Source: a virus (lineage: Duplodnaviria; Caudoviricetes). Taken from it: a DNA stretch of 56,018 nt. The stretch lies in the IMG/VR virus record IMGVR_UViG_3300049445_000092, positions 1 through 56,018 of that record; one strand, 5' to 3'. Numbering within the stretch: position 1 is the stretch's first letter; every line of letters starts with the position of its first letter. The position numbers and the translations under genes are program-made. Below, in pieces: positions 17,452 through 26,265 of this stretch. Under the pieces are notes generated by a model. That model ran no database searches and was not told the origin of the DNA. It saw only the letters and a program-made list of their open reading frames with translations.

Positions 17452-17525
17452 ATGTATCACCCCGATACATGGAGGTCGCGATGGCAAGCCAAGGGAAGGC
17501 GTGACCGATCTAACCGAGAGCCACC

Positions 17526-19292
17526 CTACAACGGAACGGTGGCCGTCTGCACACCGACCAGGGGGGCCTTGGTCGGACCAGGAGCGGGCTTAGGGACCGT
17601 CACACTTGCGTGAGGTCGCTGGGCCACGGTCACGACGTGGAGCTGGGTGGGCAGGGCGATCGAGATCAGGATCGGCGGCACCCTGGCCGGGCCTTGCCCG
17701 GCGAAGCCCTGCCCGGCGAAGACGATGGCCCCAGTCCCGCTCGCTGCCACGCTGACCTTGGCCGTGGCTGCGCCGCCGAACGTGATCGCCCCGGATCCGC
17801 TGGCCGGGAAGACGATCTGACCCGTCCCAGCGCCGCCGAAGAGGATCGCTCCGGTGCCCGTGGCGGACAGCGTGACCTTGGCCGTGCCGCTCCCGCCCAT
17901 GACAATGGCGCCAGATCCGCTTGAGAGCACCGTCAGCGTCGCTGTGGCGGCTCCAGCGAAGGTGATGGCCCCACTCCCACTGGCGACCGTCAGGCCGCTG
18001 GCAGAGGCGAGCCCAGAGCCTGCGAAGACGATGGCCCCGGTCCCAACCCCCGTGAGGGTGACGACGGCCGTACCGGATCCCCCGAAGACGATGGCCCCCG
18101 TGCCTGTCCCCGTGAGGGTGACCGTCCCGGTGCCCGACCCAGCGAAGACGACGGCGCCTGTCCCGGTGGGGAACACAGTGACCGTCCCCGTGCCCGAGCC
18201 GCCGAAGGTGATCGCCCCGGTGCCGGTGGCCGAGGTCGTAACGACTCCGGTGCCCGTGCCGTTGAAGGTGATGGCACCCGTGCCGGTCGCAGCGAGGAAC
18301 GTCGTGGCCGTCCCTGACCCGGCGAAGGTGATGGCCCCGGTGCCGGTCGCCGTCGTTGTGACGATGGCCGTCGCGGTCCCAGCGCCGAAGAGGATCGCCC
18401 CCGTGCCCGTCGGGGTGACGGTGATCGTCGCCGTCGCGGCGGGACCACCGAAGAGGATCGCCCCCGTGCCCGTCGGGGTGACGGTGACAAGCGAGCCCAC
18501 TGGGGCGAAGGCCACGGCGAGCATGCCGCCGCCCTGCTGGCCGACAGTGGCTGAGATGCTGCTTGACCCAGCTGCTCCGAGGAAGACATCGCCCGTGCTT
18601 TCGGAGCCCGCTGTCTGGCGCAGTGTCGCCGGGGCGGTGTAGCCGAGGATCCCGGCGTTGTCGACGGCCCAAGCGAAGAGCAGGTCGTTGGGGATCGTCG
18701 TCGTCACCGTGTTGGTGAACGGATTGATCGGGGCGGTGATGAGCTGGGACTGCGACCCGTCGGTGGCGCTAAGGAATCCGGCGTACTCGTGGATGCAGAT
18801 GCGAGCGAAGGTGACCGACGACGGCCAGGTGACGGTGATGCTGTTGGCGCCGTTGGCCCCGGCGATCACCCACCAGAGCTGGATGTAGTAGCTGATGTTC
18901 GAGAGGTTGAACGGCCCGGCCGACGGGAACGACTGGCCCGTCGTGAAGCTATCGCCCAGCGTGTCGGTAATGCCGGTCAGGGCAGTCGCGCCGCCGGTCG
19001 GCCAGCCGACAGCGACGATGAGCAGATCACCGGCCTGTACCGACTGCGGGAAGGCGACGGCCTGACTGGTGACGCTACTGCCACCGCTGGCGAAGTTGTT
19101 GCCCTGGATGTAACGGCGGTCGGGAACGAAGATGCCGCCGGGGTAGAGAACAGTCGAGGCGTCCAGCGGCAGATCGACAACGCGGACGGTCCCGAGAAAG
19201 TCACTCGACGTGGGCTGCTTGTCCAGCGCGTTCGACGTATCCAGCCCGATGGGGCTGGTGTTGTCGTACCCGTCAAGCTGGTAGCCGGGCAT
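17526..19292 (-). CDS. Tail fibre/appendage protein with Gly/Thr-rich repeats
   Basis: AFPQSVQAGDLLIVAV-type beta domain plus 13 repeats of about 20 aa. Confidence 0.75.
   Translation of the reverse strand: MPGYQLDGYDNTSPIGLDTSNALDKQPTSSDFLGTVRVVDLPLDASTVLYPGGIFVPDRRYIQGNNFASGGSSVTSQAVAFPQSVQAGDLLIVAVGWPTGGATALTGITDTLGDSFTTGQSFPSAGPFNLSNISYYIQLWWVIAGANGANSITVTWPSSVTFARICIHEYAGFLSATDGSQSQLITAPINPFTNTVTTTIPNDLLFAWAVDNAGILGYTAPATLRQTAGSESTGDVFLGAAGSSSISATVGQQGGGMLAVAFAPVGSLVTVTPTGTGAILFGGPAATATITVTPTGTGAILFGAGTATAIVTTTATGTGAITFAGSGTATTFLAATGTGAITFNGTGTGVVTTSATGTGAITFGGSGTGTVTVFPTGTGAVVFAGSGTGTVTLTGTGTGAIVFGGSGTAVVTLTGVGTGAIVFAGSGLASASGLTVASGSGAITFAGAATATLTVLSSGSGAIVMGGSGTAKVTLSATGTGAILFGGAGTGQIVFPASGSGAITFGGAATAKVSVAASGTGAIVFAGQGFAGQGPARVPPILISIALPTQLHVVTVAQRPHASVTVPKPAPGPTKAPLVGVQTATVPL
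17700..18480 (-). repeat. 13 tandem coding repeats of about 60 nt, consensus (T/S)G(T/S)GAI.F(A/G)GSGT.TVT
   Basis: Counted directly in the translation. Confidence 0.85.
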
Positions 19293-19303
19293 TCAGCCCC
19301 GCT

Positions 19304-19738
19304 CTATTCGTCGTAGATGAGATAGCCGCTGAAGTTCGACGTAGCGGCGCCGATGTTCCAGACCACCAGCTCGGCCGGGCCAGTCGGAACAATCAAACCT
19401 TGAGGGTACGTCCAGATGACACCCGCGCCGATGGTGGCCGGAATCCCGAAGCGTCGGAGGAAGAGCGTGGGCGATGTCGGCTTGGTCGACGCCGCCACCT
19501 GACCCGTGCAGCTCGCCGCACCTGAGGACGTGTCTTCCGCCTGAGGCACCACAGTCGTCGGCGTGAGGGAGATCGCCGCGGGACGGCCGACACCGATGTC
19601 AGTGGCGGCAGCAGTGCCCGAGGACTGGTACACCGCGATCTCCCAGATCCGTATGTCCTTCGCCGTGGTGGAACGCAGCCACGCCAGCGCTTGGTTGGAC
19701 ACACCAGCAATGGTCCATGCGTAGGAGTAACGGGCCAT
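19304..19738 (-). CDS. Virion structural protein
   Basis: Beta-rich 144-aa protein in the fibre cluster; GAGVIWTYPQG motif. Confidence 0.6.
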   Translation of the reverse strand: MARYSYAWTIAGVSNQALAWLRSTTAKDIRIWEIAVYQSSGTAAATDIGVGRPAAISLTPTTVVPQAEDTSSGAASCTGQVAASTKPTSPTLFLRRFGIPATIGAGVIWTYPQGLIVPTGPAELVVWNIGAATSNFSGYLIYDE

Positions 19739-19938
19739 TACGGCGCCACCTCTAGCTCCTGAAAGTCAAAACGATAGAACAGTGAGTTGCCCGGTGACGG
19801 CCACGCAGATGAGTCCACGGCCTCAACCACATCACAGCCGGAGAGATTCATGTTGGCGTGGTAGAAGGCCACGGCGTCGTCTGACGTGGTGAATGGTCCG
19901 ATCGCCAGTGAGCCGTCGTGCGGGCGAAGATAGAACAT
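19738..19938 (-). CDS. Hypothetical protein (66 aa)
   Basis: MFYLRPHDGSLAIGPF...; TGATG and TAATG overlaps. Confidence 0.5.
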   Translation of the reverse strand: MFYLRPHDGSLAIGPFTTSDDAVAFYHANMNLSGCDVVEAVDSSAWPSPGNSLFYRFDFQELEVAP

Positions 19939-20291
19939 CAGGAAGCCGTGAAGGTGATGGCACCCGTGGCGACGCTGATCGTGGCGCCGACGGGCGGCGT
20001 GATGCTGGTGAGCGTGCCCCCACGCAAGTAGGTACCCGCCGTGACGAGCGTCCAGACCCCGAAGAAGGTGTACGTCTGACCACCTACGGCCGACGGCCAT
20101 GACTGGGCGCTGGTCGATGCCTGCGAACCACCGGACGACGAACCAAACGTGATCGCCTTGCGGCCGTCGGTCCCTTCCGATGCCCCGGTCGTGCCGGGAT
20201 CCGCCGTGTGCAACGACAAGAAGTAGCCGGTGCTGGGGACGATGGCAGCGTTCTGAGCCGCATCGGCCTGGGCGGTGGTGATACGGGCCAT
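19938..20291 (-). CDS. Virion structural protein
   Basis: FLSLHTADPGTTGASE...R.AITF motif typical of small actinophage tail-associated proteins. Confidence 0.7.
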   Translation of the reverse strand: MARITTAQADAAQNAAIVPSTGYFLSLHTADPGTTGASEGTDGRKAITFGSSSGGSQASTSAQSWPSAVGGQTYTFFGVWTLVTAGTYLRGGTLTSITPPVGATISVATGAITFTAS

Positions 20292-20305
20292 GAGATTCCT
20301 TTCTC

Positions 20306-20650
20306 TTAGCGGGTGATTTCAGCGGTCACCGTGACGGTGCCTGCTGCGATGGTGGAAATGTTGCCCGATGCGTCGGTGAGCTGGCAGTCCCAGACGGCGG
20401 GCTGCACGGGGAGGGTGGCGGCGTCGGTGTGGACGAGGTGCAGGTGGATGGTCGACGCCGAGATCGTCGTCAGCAGTTCGGCCAGCACCGTCGTGGACGG
20501 CGGCGTTGAGCGGATCTGGGACTTGGCCGTGAAGCCCGTGAGATCGGCGGGTGCGCCCTTCGACGTGACCGCCAGGTCAAGGTACAGATCGTCGCCCTGG
20601 TAGACGAGAAGATTCACTGCCGCCGGGAGCCCGGTCACGGTGGATGCCAT
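20306..20650 (-). CDS. Virion structural protein (baseplate/fibre adaptor-like)
   Basis: VYQGDD...DLTGFTAKSQIR...VWDCQLT...GTVTV..EIT. Confidence 0.7.
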   Translation of the reverse strand: MASTVTGLPAAVNLLVYQGDDLYLDLAVTSKGAPADLTGFTAKSQIRSTPPSTTVLAELLTTISASTIHLHLVHTDAATLPVQPAVWDCQLTDASGNISTIAAGTVTVTAEITR

Positions 20651-20701
20651 CGCTGGTCAAACTAGGTGCTGCCTGTCGCGGCGTCGCTGATCCCCGGAGA
20701 C

Positions 20702-20736
20702 CAGGCGACCCCGGCAGTGTCACACCGGGGCGCCTG
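20702..20736. terminator. Hairpin downstream of the holin
   Basis: CAGGCG-A-CCCCGG-N10-CCGGGG-CGCCTG. Confidence 0.4.
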
Positions 20737-20762
20737 TGTGGTCGTACCCAACCTGCTACACA

Positions 20763-21098
20763 TCAAGGCCCAGAGGCACTCCTCTCCTTGTTGTCGCCGT
20801 TGATGATCTCGACTCGGGTCGTAGGGGGGCCGGGCACAGGTCGGACGTAGCGCCGCCCGAGGGACTCCAGCAGCTGGTCGACCGGGATGATGCCGATGAG
20901 GAAGGCGCCGATGATGAGCTGGGCGATGTGCTCACCCGATCCGACGAGCCCATCGAGGATCGTGGCGATGCCCAGCACGAAGACCAAGATGCGCCGCAGC
21001 GGTCCCCAGTTCGCCCGGATGTCGTCAGGCATCTCTGCCTCCAAGAGCCCAAGCAGGGGTTCCCAGAGCTGCGCCCGTGACGGCTGCCAGGGGATCAC
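20763..21098 (-). CDS. Putative holin
   Basis: Two TM helices, immediately downstream of the endolysin; true start may be the internal Met near 21031. Confidence 0.6.
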   Translation of the reverse strand: MIPWQPSRAQLWEPLLGLLEAEMPDDIRANWGPLRRILVFVLGIATILDGLVGSGEHIAQLIIGAFLIGIIPVDQLLESLGRRYVRPVPGPPTTRVEIINGDNKERSASGP

Positions 21099-22057
21099 TT
21101 GGCCTTGGCATACCGCCCATCGGGCTCCATCGCGTAGTCAGCCGGATCCTTCCCGGCCCGTGCGGCTCCGAGGGCGTAGGCCGACTGGCCGTGAAGCTGG
21201 CAGGCGGCGATCCCGATGACCGGGTTGTCGGCCGTGCCGATGCCCCAGTCGGCCCGCCACGACGGGTCCGGGCCGAGGTACTGGGCGTCGCCAAACGCAT
21301 AGACCTCGCCCAGCGTGTCGACCAGCCAGTAGCCGTTGCCGGTCGGTGTCGAAGCACCGCCGATGATGGGGCTGTTCGGCTTGGCACCGACGCCGGGCAG
21401 GCTCCCGCAGAACGGCGCGCCGCCCTTGGCGAAGACGCCGCCGTCCGGGCCGAGCATCCAGTAGCCGGGTCCGTTGTCCTGGGTGACGAGCATGTTGCCT
21501 CTCTGCTGCGTGGTTGGTGCCGGTGACGGGCCTTGGCCCTGAGCCATGGCGATGACTTGATCCATGGGGAAGCCAGGACCGCAATCGACATGGCCCCCTC
21601 CCCATCGGCCCAGATCCGAATGCTGACAGACGCCCCGTCCGTTGCCCTGCGCCTGCTGCGGTGTGAGCCGGGTGATCGGAATTCCGAAGGCTGCCGCCTC
21701 CTCAGCCACCCACGCCGCGGCGTTCTGGAGCATGTTCTGGTGCTGGCTCTGCCAAGTGGCCGTCGTCCAGTTCGCCGTGGCCCCGCGAGGCGTGCAAAGT
21801 TCGGCCTGTACTGCCACCGGATTCGCTTCGGCCGCGGTCCACGCCTTGCGGTCCCGACGAACGTATTCCCCGATCGTCCCGAGCGTGTCGTCTATGCCCG
21901 TATGTGAGCTGACCTCGCTCGAAGACCGGGCGAAGAACGCACCCAAGCTCTCGATCGTCTGCGCCCCTTCACTCAGGTGCAGGACCACCAGTCTGACCTG
22001 CGCGCCGCCGCGCGAGCTGTAGTTCGGGGAAGCCAACCAGATTCTGTTAAGCGCCAT
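21095..22057 (-). CDS. Endolysin, N-acetylmuramoyl-L-alanine amidase (Amidase_2) with C-terminal cell-wall-binding repeats
   Basis: SPNYSSR..VVLH..E, SSH, QH.D....H.DCG..FP; repeats GYWMLGPDGGVFAKG and GYWLVDTLGEVYAFGDA. Confidence 0.9.
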   Translation of the reverse strand: MALNRIWLASPNYSSRGGAQVRLVVLHLSEGAQTIESLGAFFARSSSEVSSHTGIDDTLGTIGEYVRRDRKAWTAAEANPVAVQAELCTPRGATANWTTATWQSQHQNMLQNAAAWVAEEAAAFGIPITRLTPQQAQGNGRGVCQHSDLGRWGGGHVDCGPGFPMDQVIAMAQGQGPSPAPTTQQRGNMLVTQDNGPGYWMLGPDGGVFAKGGAPFCGSLPGVGAKPNSPIIGGASTPTGNGYWLVDTLGEVYAFGDAQYLGPDPSWRADWGIGTADNPVIGIAACQLHGQSAYALGAARAGKDPADYAMEPDGRYAKAK

Positions 22058-22154
22058 CGTCTTCGGGAGTCTCGGGCGCGTGGGACGGCTCTTCTTCGGG
22101 TTCGGGCGTCGGTTCTGGTTCGTCGTCGTCACGACGGGCGTGCTTGGGGACCAT
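22047..22154 (-). CDS. Acidic micro-protein (35 aa, not in ORF track)
   Basis: MVPKHARRDDDEPEPTPEPEEEPSHAPETPEDDGA; overlaps lysin start; -10-like TAGCTT 7 nt upstream. Confidence 0.45.
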   Translation of the reverse strand: MVPKHARRDDDEPEPTPEPEEEPSHAPETPEDDGA

Positions 22155-22197
22155 GATCTCGAAGCTACCGAGGGCCGCGCCGTGGGGCGGTGATGGG

Positions 22198-22956
22198 CTA
22201 CTGCGTGGCGACCAGGAAGAGGGACATGGCCGTGGTGCCGCCGTTCCCCCCGGCGAACGTCGTCCCAGCGTTGGCCCCGCTCTCCTGCTGGGCGATCATC
22301 TGGACGTAGTCGTTGGCGTTGAGCGTGACGATGTCGGATCCGGCCGCGCCGTGGTAGTCGATGATGGCTGCCGGGTGGTCATCGGTCCATGCCCGGCGGT
22401 TGGCCCCGTTGACGTACAGCCAGAGGGTGTAGATGCCGCCAGGGACCGGGGCGTTGGACGACTGCCAGTAGACCGACCCGGTCCAGTAGTACCGGCCCGT
22501 CGTCGGGACCTGGAGCGCCGAGCCGCCGAAGCCGATCATCCCACCCGCCACGAAGTCAATGGAGAGTCCCGCGATGCCACTCGGCGTGGCCGTCGCCAGG
22601 ACGGTCTGGGATGTCGAGTACAGACGGCCTGAGGGCGTCGGCCCGATGCCCGTGATGCCGATGACCCGCATCCCGTTGTTCGACACCAGGATGTCGACGG
22701 TGTCGCCCACCTGGACCGCCGTGGCGAAGACGTGGCGATAGCACGGGATCGTCACCGACGTGGCCCCGCCGTTCATGATGACGGTGAGCGTGCCGTTGCC
22801 CGCGGGCGCGGCCGAGACCGTGCCCCGTTGGAGCGTGACAGATTCCTGCTGGCGGATCGCCTGCGCCAGCTGTACGCGGCGGCGGGTGCCGACGTTGGCT
22901 TGCCTAGAGGGGTCGTAGGAAACCTTGATTACCTCCTCTCGACGGGCGGCAGACAA
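22198..22956 (-). CDS. Minor tail protein with C-terminal C1q/TNF-like beta domain
   Basis: QVGDTVDIL OB-like N-terminus; VPTTGRYYW...LYVNG...LNANDYVQM. Confidence 0.65.
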   Translation of the reverse strand: MSAARREEVIKVSYDPSRQANVGTRRRVQLAQAIRQQESVTLQRGTVSAAPAGNGTLTVIMNGGATSVTIPCYRHVFATAVQVGDTVDILVSNNGMRVIGITGIGPTPSGRLYSTSQTVLATATPSGIAGLSIDFVAGGMIGFGGSALQVPTTGRYYWTGSVYWQSSNAPVPGGIYTLWLYVNGANRRAWTDDHPAAIIDYHGAAGSDIVTLNANDYVQMIAQQESGANAGTTFAGGNGGTTAMSLFLVATQ

Positions 22957-24145
22957 CGGTCTGCGCCGTGGCCGGATCCATCGGCATCGTGGTGGCGCTG
23001 ACGGCGTAGAGGTTCGCCACGCCGAGGCGATCGTCCAGCACTTCGATGATGTCGCCCGCTTCGAGCGCCGGGTTCGTGATGGCGACGAAGCTCACCTCGT
23101 CTAGGGCCAGCCCAAACTGGTTCAGGATCCCCTGAGCCATCGACTGCGCCTGGCCCACGGTGGTGACCGCCGGGCTGCTCACGATCTTGGTGACGATACC
23201 GAAGGGGCCGAGGTAGTACGTCGAGCTGTTGACGTTGGTGTCGTTGGCGGTGCCCTGGACCACGGGGGAGCCGGGATTGTTGCCGATGACGATCACCCGG
23301 CTGAAGGCGCCGGTCTCGTCAATCGTGTGCGTCAACCCCTGCCCGCCCTGCCCACCGAGGATGAGGCACTGCGCTCCCTCCAGGTACAGGAATTCCGGGT
23401 TGCCGTGGTTGTTGGGCCAGTCCCTGGCGTAGATGTCGGGCGTGGGGACTTGGCGCGAGGTGACAATGCCGTTGGCGTCGAAGAACAGCTCCTGGCCGAT
23501 CGACGCCGCCAAGCCCTGGAAGTCCTTCCACGGGTCGTTCGAGCTGTCGAGCTGGGCTCCGAAGACGACGCCGCCCGAGATCGGGACAGTGCTCGCTGCC
23601 AGGTTGGCGTGGTTGTGGTAGTTCCCGGTCGGGAAGACGTGCGCGATGCCCTGCTTGATGACTTGGTCGATGGTCGTTCCCGGTGCGGGCGACCATGAGT
23701 CCTGCCATCCGGCCTGGGTGATCGTGATGGAGCGGTCGTTCCCGATCAGCGGGATCGTGATCTGCCCACCTACATCCTGGGGTGCGGGCTTGGAGATTCT
23801 GAAGATGCCCTTGGGGCACCACTCGATGGAGCCGTCGGGGTACTCAAGGCCCGCGAAGGCCCGGATCTCATGGCCGCTCACCGGGTGGATCAGATCGCCG
23901 GGACTGACCGGCACGATGCTCGTCGGATCCCCGATCGGCGCACTGTGCAGCGTGGCCGTCAGCGTGCGGCGCACCTGCCGGGTCTCATCCTCGGTGACCG
24001 ACGCCTGGGAGAACTCATCCAGCGTCGCCAGGTAAGTCGCCCCCGGCGCGCCGCTCCCCACGCCGTCGGTCCAGACCTCCAGCTTCGACACGAACTTGTG
24101 GCTGATGGGAAGGAGGGCTGAGAAGGGCGACGAGACATCAATCAT
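22904..24145 (-). CDS. Minor tail protein (baseplate hub-like)
   Basis: Position after tape measure; VRRTL, GIFRI, LFFDANG, NPALEAGDII motifs. Confidence 0.75.
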   Translation of the reverse strand: MIDVSSPFSALLPISHKFVSKLEVWTDGVGSGAPGATYLATLDEFSQASVTEDETRQVRRTLTATLHSAPIGDPTSIVPVSPGDLIHPVSGHEIRAFAGLEYPDGSIEWCPKGIFRISKPAPQDVGGQITIPLIGNDRSITITQAGWQDSWSPAPGTTIDQVIKQGIAHVFPTGNYHNHANLAASTVPISGGVVFGAQLDSSNDPWKDFQGLAASIGQELFFDANGIVTSRQVPTPDIYARDWPNNHGNPEFLYLEGAQCLILGGQGGQGLTHTIDETGAFSRVIVIGNNPGSPVVQGTANDTNVNSSTYYLGPFGIVTKIVSSPAVTTVGQAQSMAQGILNQFGLALDEVSFVAITNPALEAGDIIEVLDDRLGVANLYAVSATTMPMDPATAQTVVCRPSRGGNQGFLRPL

Positions 24146-26265
24146 CCGGCGCCGATCCCGTAGGTGCCCTCGCCGTAGATTCCCTTCCCGTAGGCGGGCG
24201 ACGATCCCCCGGACGTGGTGGCTGTGCCCGATCCACCGAAGAGGAGAGCGCCCGTGCCCGATCCGCCGATCCCTGGCGGGGCCGGGGGCGACGGGACTGG
24301 CTGGTTCGGATTGACCGGATCGGTCGGCATCAGCACCGGATAGCAGTGGAAGCTGACCGCCCGCATCGGGCTTTGGCGGCGGTTCTGGGCGTGCAGGGTG
24401 GTGACCGGGATCGTCGCGCCCAGCTTGATGTAGGTGGTCTCGCCCGTGAACAGATCCGACTTGAGCAGCAGCGGCACCTGGCGCGCCCGGAGGGCGGTGA
24501 ACGTCTTGAAGTCGGCGTCGTTCATGAACAGGGCGGCGATGTCGAACTCGGTGTCATAGAGATCGCCCGAGACCACCACCACGTCGGTGCGTCCGAGGCC
24601 GTAGAAGACGCCCTGAGCCTCTACCTGGAGCTGGGACAGGGACGCCTTGCCAACGGACGTAGCGGCGCTCTGGGGCTGTATGCGGCGCAACTGACAGACC
24701 CCTAGTGATCCGTTGGCGTCAGGACCGGACGTGATGGGGTCCACGAGGTAGTAGTTGTTCGACAGGATGTTTATGGGGACGCTGGGCGATGTCCAGAGCG
24801 ATGGGATGTTCTGGGTGAACTCGACCGCCCACACCCTGGCCCGATAGAGCAGCGGGATGTTGAACGGCGACTCGTAGTCGATGATGGTCGTGCTGACCGG
24901 CTGGAATCCGGGGATGAAGAGCGTGGGGCTGCCCGGCGTCAGATCCTGCGTCCGTAGCTGCTCCCACGTCGCCCCGCCGTCTTCGCTCACGTTGATCTCA
25001 GCGGCGAAGGCCGACACTCCGGTCGGCCCCGGCAGCACCTGGCCCGCGGCGACCCACATGGGTGAGCCGTAGGGATCGGGCACGGTGTTCCAGACGAACG
25101 TGGGCGTCGCTGGCGCCGTGAAGGTGACGGTGAACGCGCTGCCCGTCCAGGCCGAAACCGGACCCCCGCCGTTGATCTGGACATAGACGCTGTAGCTCTG
25201 AGCGTTGTTGAGCAGTCCGAAGGGGACAGTGAAGCTGGTGGCCGTCGTGCTGGCGACCACTCCGGTGTCGTAGATGTCGGGCGCCTGGCCGGGGACGAAG
25301 CCGGGGGCGATGACAGCGGCGTGACTGTAGATGTAGCCGCGGTACGAAGTCATGGATGTCCCGGCGTGGAAGGTGGGTGTCCACTGCACGGTCGGCGTGG
25401 GCGTGTTGATGGTGCCGCTGGGGGCCGTGATGACCAGCGTCGGCAACGCACGGGCGTGGAGCGTCCACGGGGCGCTGTACGGGCTCTTCTTGCTGGTGTA
25501 GCTCTCGGTCACCGAGACTGACCAGGAGTAGTCGTCCCCATTGACCCAGTCGGCGGCGGCGAAGAGGTACTGCGAAGCGGTCAGGGCGAAGTACAGCTCA
25601 GTCGTGCCCCAGGTGTGCGTGGCCGGGTTGAACCACTGGAAGGCGCCGCTGGTGGTGGTGTCCTGGCGGCGGATGGCGACCTGGGTCTGCGTGCCGCTGT
25701 CGCCCTGCGGGTTGTCGGTCCAGTCGAGGGTGAAGCCTGCGGCGGCGTCAAGGAATGCGGTGTTGGGCGGGGCCGTATTCGTCGGGGCCAGCTGGGGATC
25801 CGACGTGAACCAGATGAGGACAACCTGCTGCGTCGGGACCACGAACGAGGCGTTGCCGATGTGGTTCCCGACGACCTGGACACCGTTCGTCGTTCCCGGA
25901 TCCGCGAAGTTGGCCCCGCCGCCGCTTCCGCTCTGACCACCACCGAAGTCCCCGCCCTGACCGCCTTGGGCCTCCATCCTCTGGGTGCCGCCGATGGAGA
26001 CCCCGCAGCCGACGCCCGGTGTCCCGGCACCGCCGCCGATCGTCACCGGAAAGTCGGAGGCGGCGGCTTGGATGGTGACCGCCGTGCCCGGCGGAACTCC
26101 CAGGATGTTGCCCGACACCTGAAAGCCCGTCCAGCCGTACTCGGTCCCGGCGAACGTGGAGCCCTGCTGGGCCTGGCAGATCGGGTGGATGTAGGCGTAG
26201 ACGAGATCCGACGGCGCCGTCCACGTCGTGTGGACTCCGGTGAATGTGGCGCTGCGCTGGGTCAT
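24142..26265 (-). CDS. Minor tail protein (FN3/Ig-like domains, distal-tail-like C-terminus)
   Basis: Immediately after tape measure; beta-sandwich motifs; DYESPFNIPLLYRAR. Confidence 0.75.
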   Translation of the reverse strand: MTQRSATFTGVHTTWTAPSDLVYAYIHPICQAQQGSTFAGTEYGWTGFQVSGNILGVPPGTAVTIQAAASDFPVTIGGGAGTPGVGCGVSIGGTQRMEAQGGQGGDFGGGQSGSGGGANFADPGTTNGVQVVGNHIGNASFVVPTQQVVLIWFTSDPQLAPTNTAPPNTAFLDAAAGFTLDWTDNPQGDSGTQTQVAIRRQDTTTSGAFQWFNPATHTWGTTELYFALTASQYLFAAADWVNGDDYSWSVSVTESYTSKKSPYSAPWTLHARALPTLVITAPSGTINTPTPTVQWTPTFHAGTSMTSYRGYIYSHAAVIAPGFVPGQAPDIYDTGVVASTTATSFTVPFGLLNNAQSYSVYVQINGGGPVSAWTGSAFTVTFTAPATPTFVWNTVPDPYGSPMWVAAGQVLPGPTGVSAFAAEINVSEDGGATWEQLRTQDLTPGSPTLFIPGFQPVSTTIIDYESPFNIPLLYRARVWAVEFTQNIPSLWTSPSVPINILSNNYYLVDPITSGPDANGSLGVCQLRRIQPQSAATSVGKASLSQLQVEAQGVFYGLGRTDVVVVSGDLYDTEFDIAALFMNDADFKTFTALRARQVPLLLKSDLFTGETTYIKLGATIPVTTLHAQNRRQSPMRAVSFHCYPVLMPTDPVNPNQPVPSPPAPPGIGGSGTGALLFGGSGTATTSGGSSPAYGKGIYGEGTYGIGAG

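Noticed and set aside
17451-17504. Plus-strand hairpin CATGTATC-ACCCC-GATACATG with SD and a 7-codon ORF (MASQGKA)
   Set aside because: Too short to support as a gene and no convincing -10 spacing; may be part of the regulatory region only
17700-18480. Roughly 60-nt periodic repeats as a possible CRISPR array
   Set aside because: Degenerate in-frame coding repeats within the fibre gene; no identical repeats with unique spacers and no cas genes
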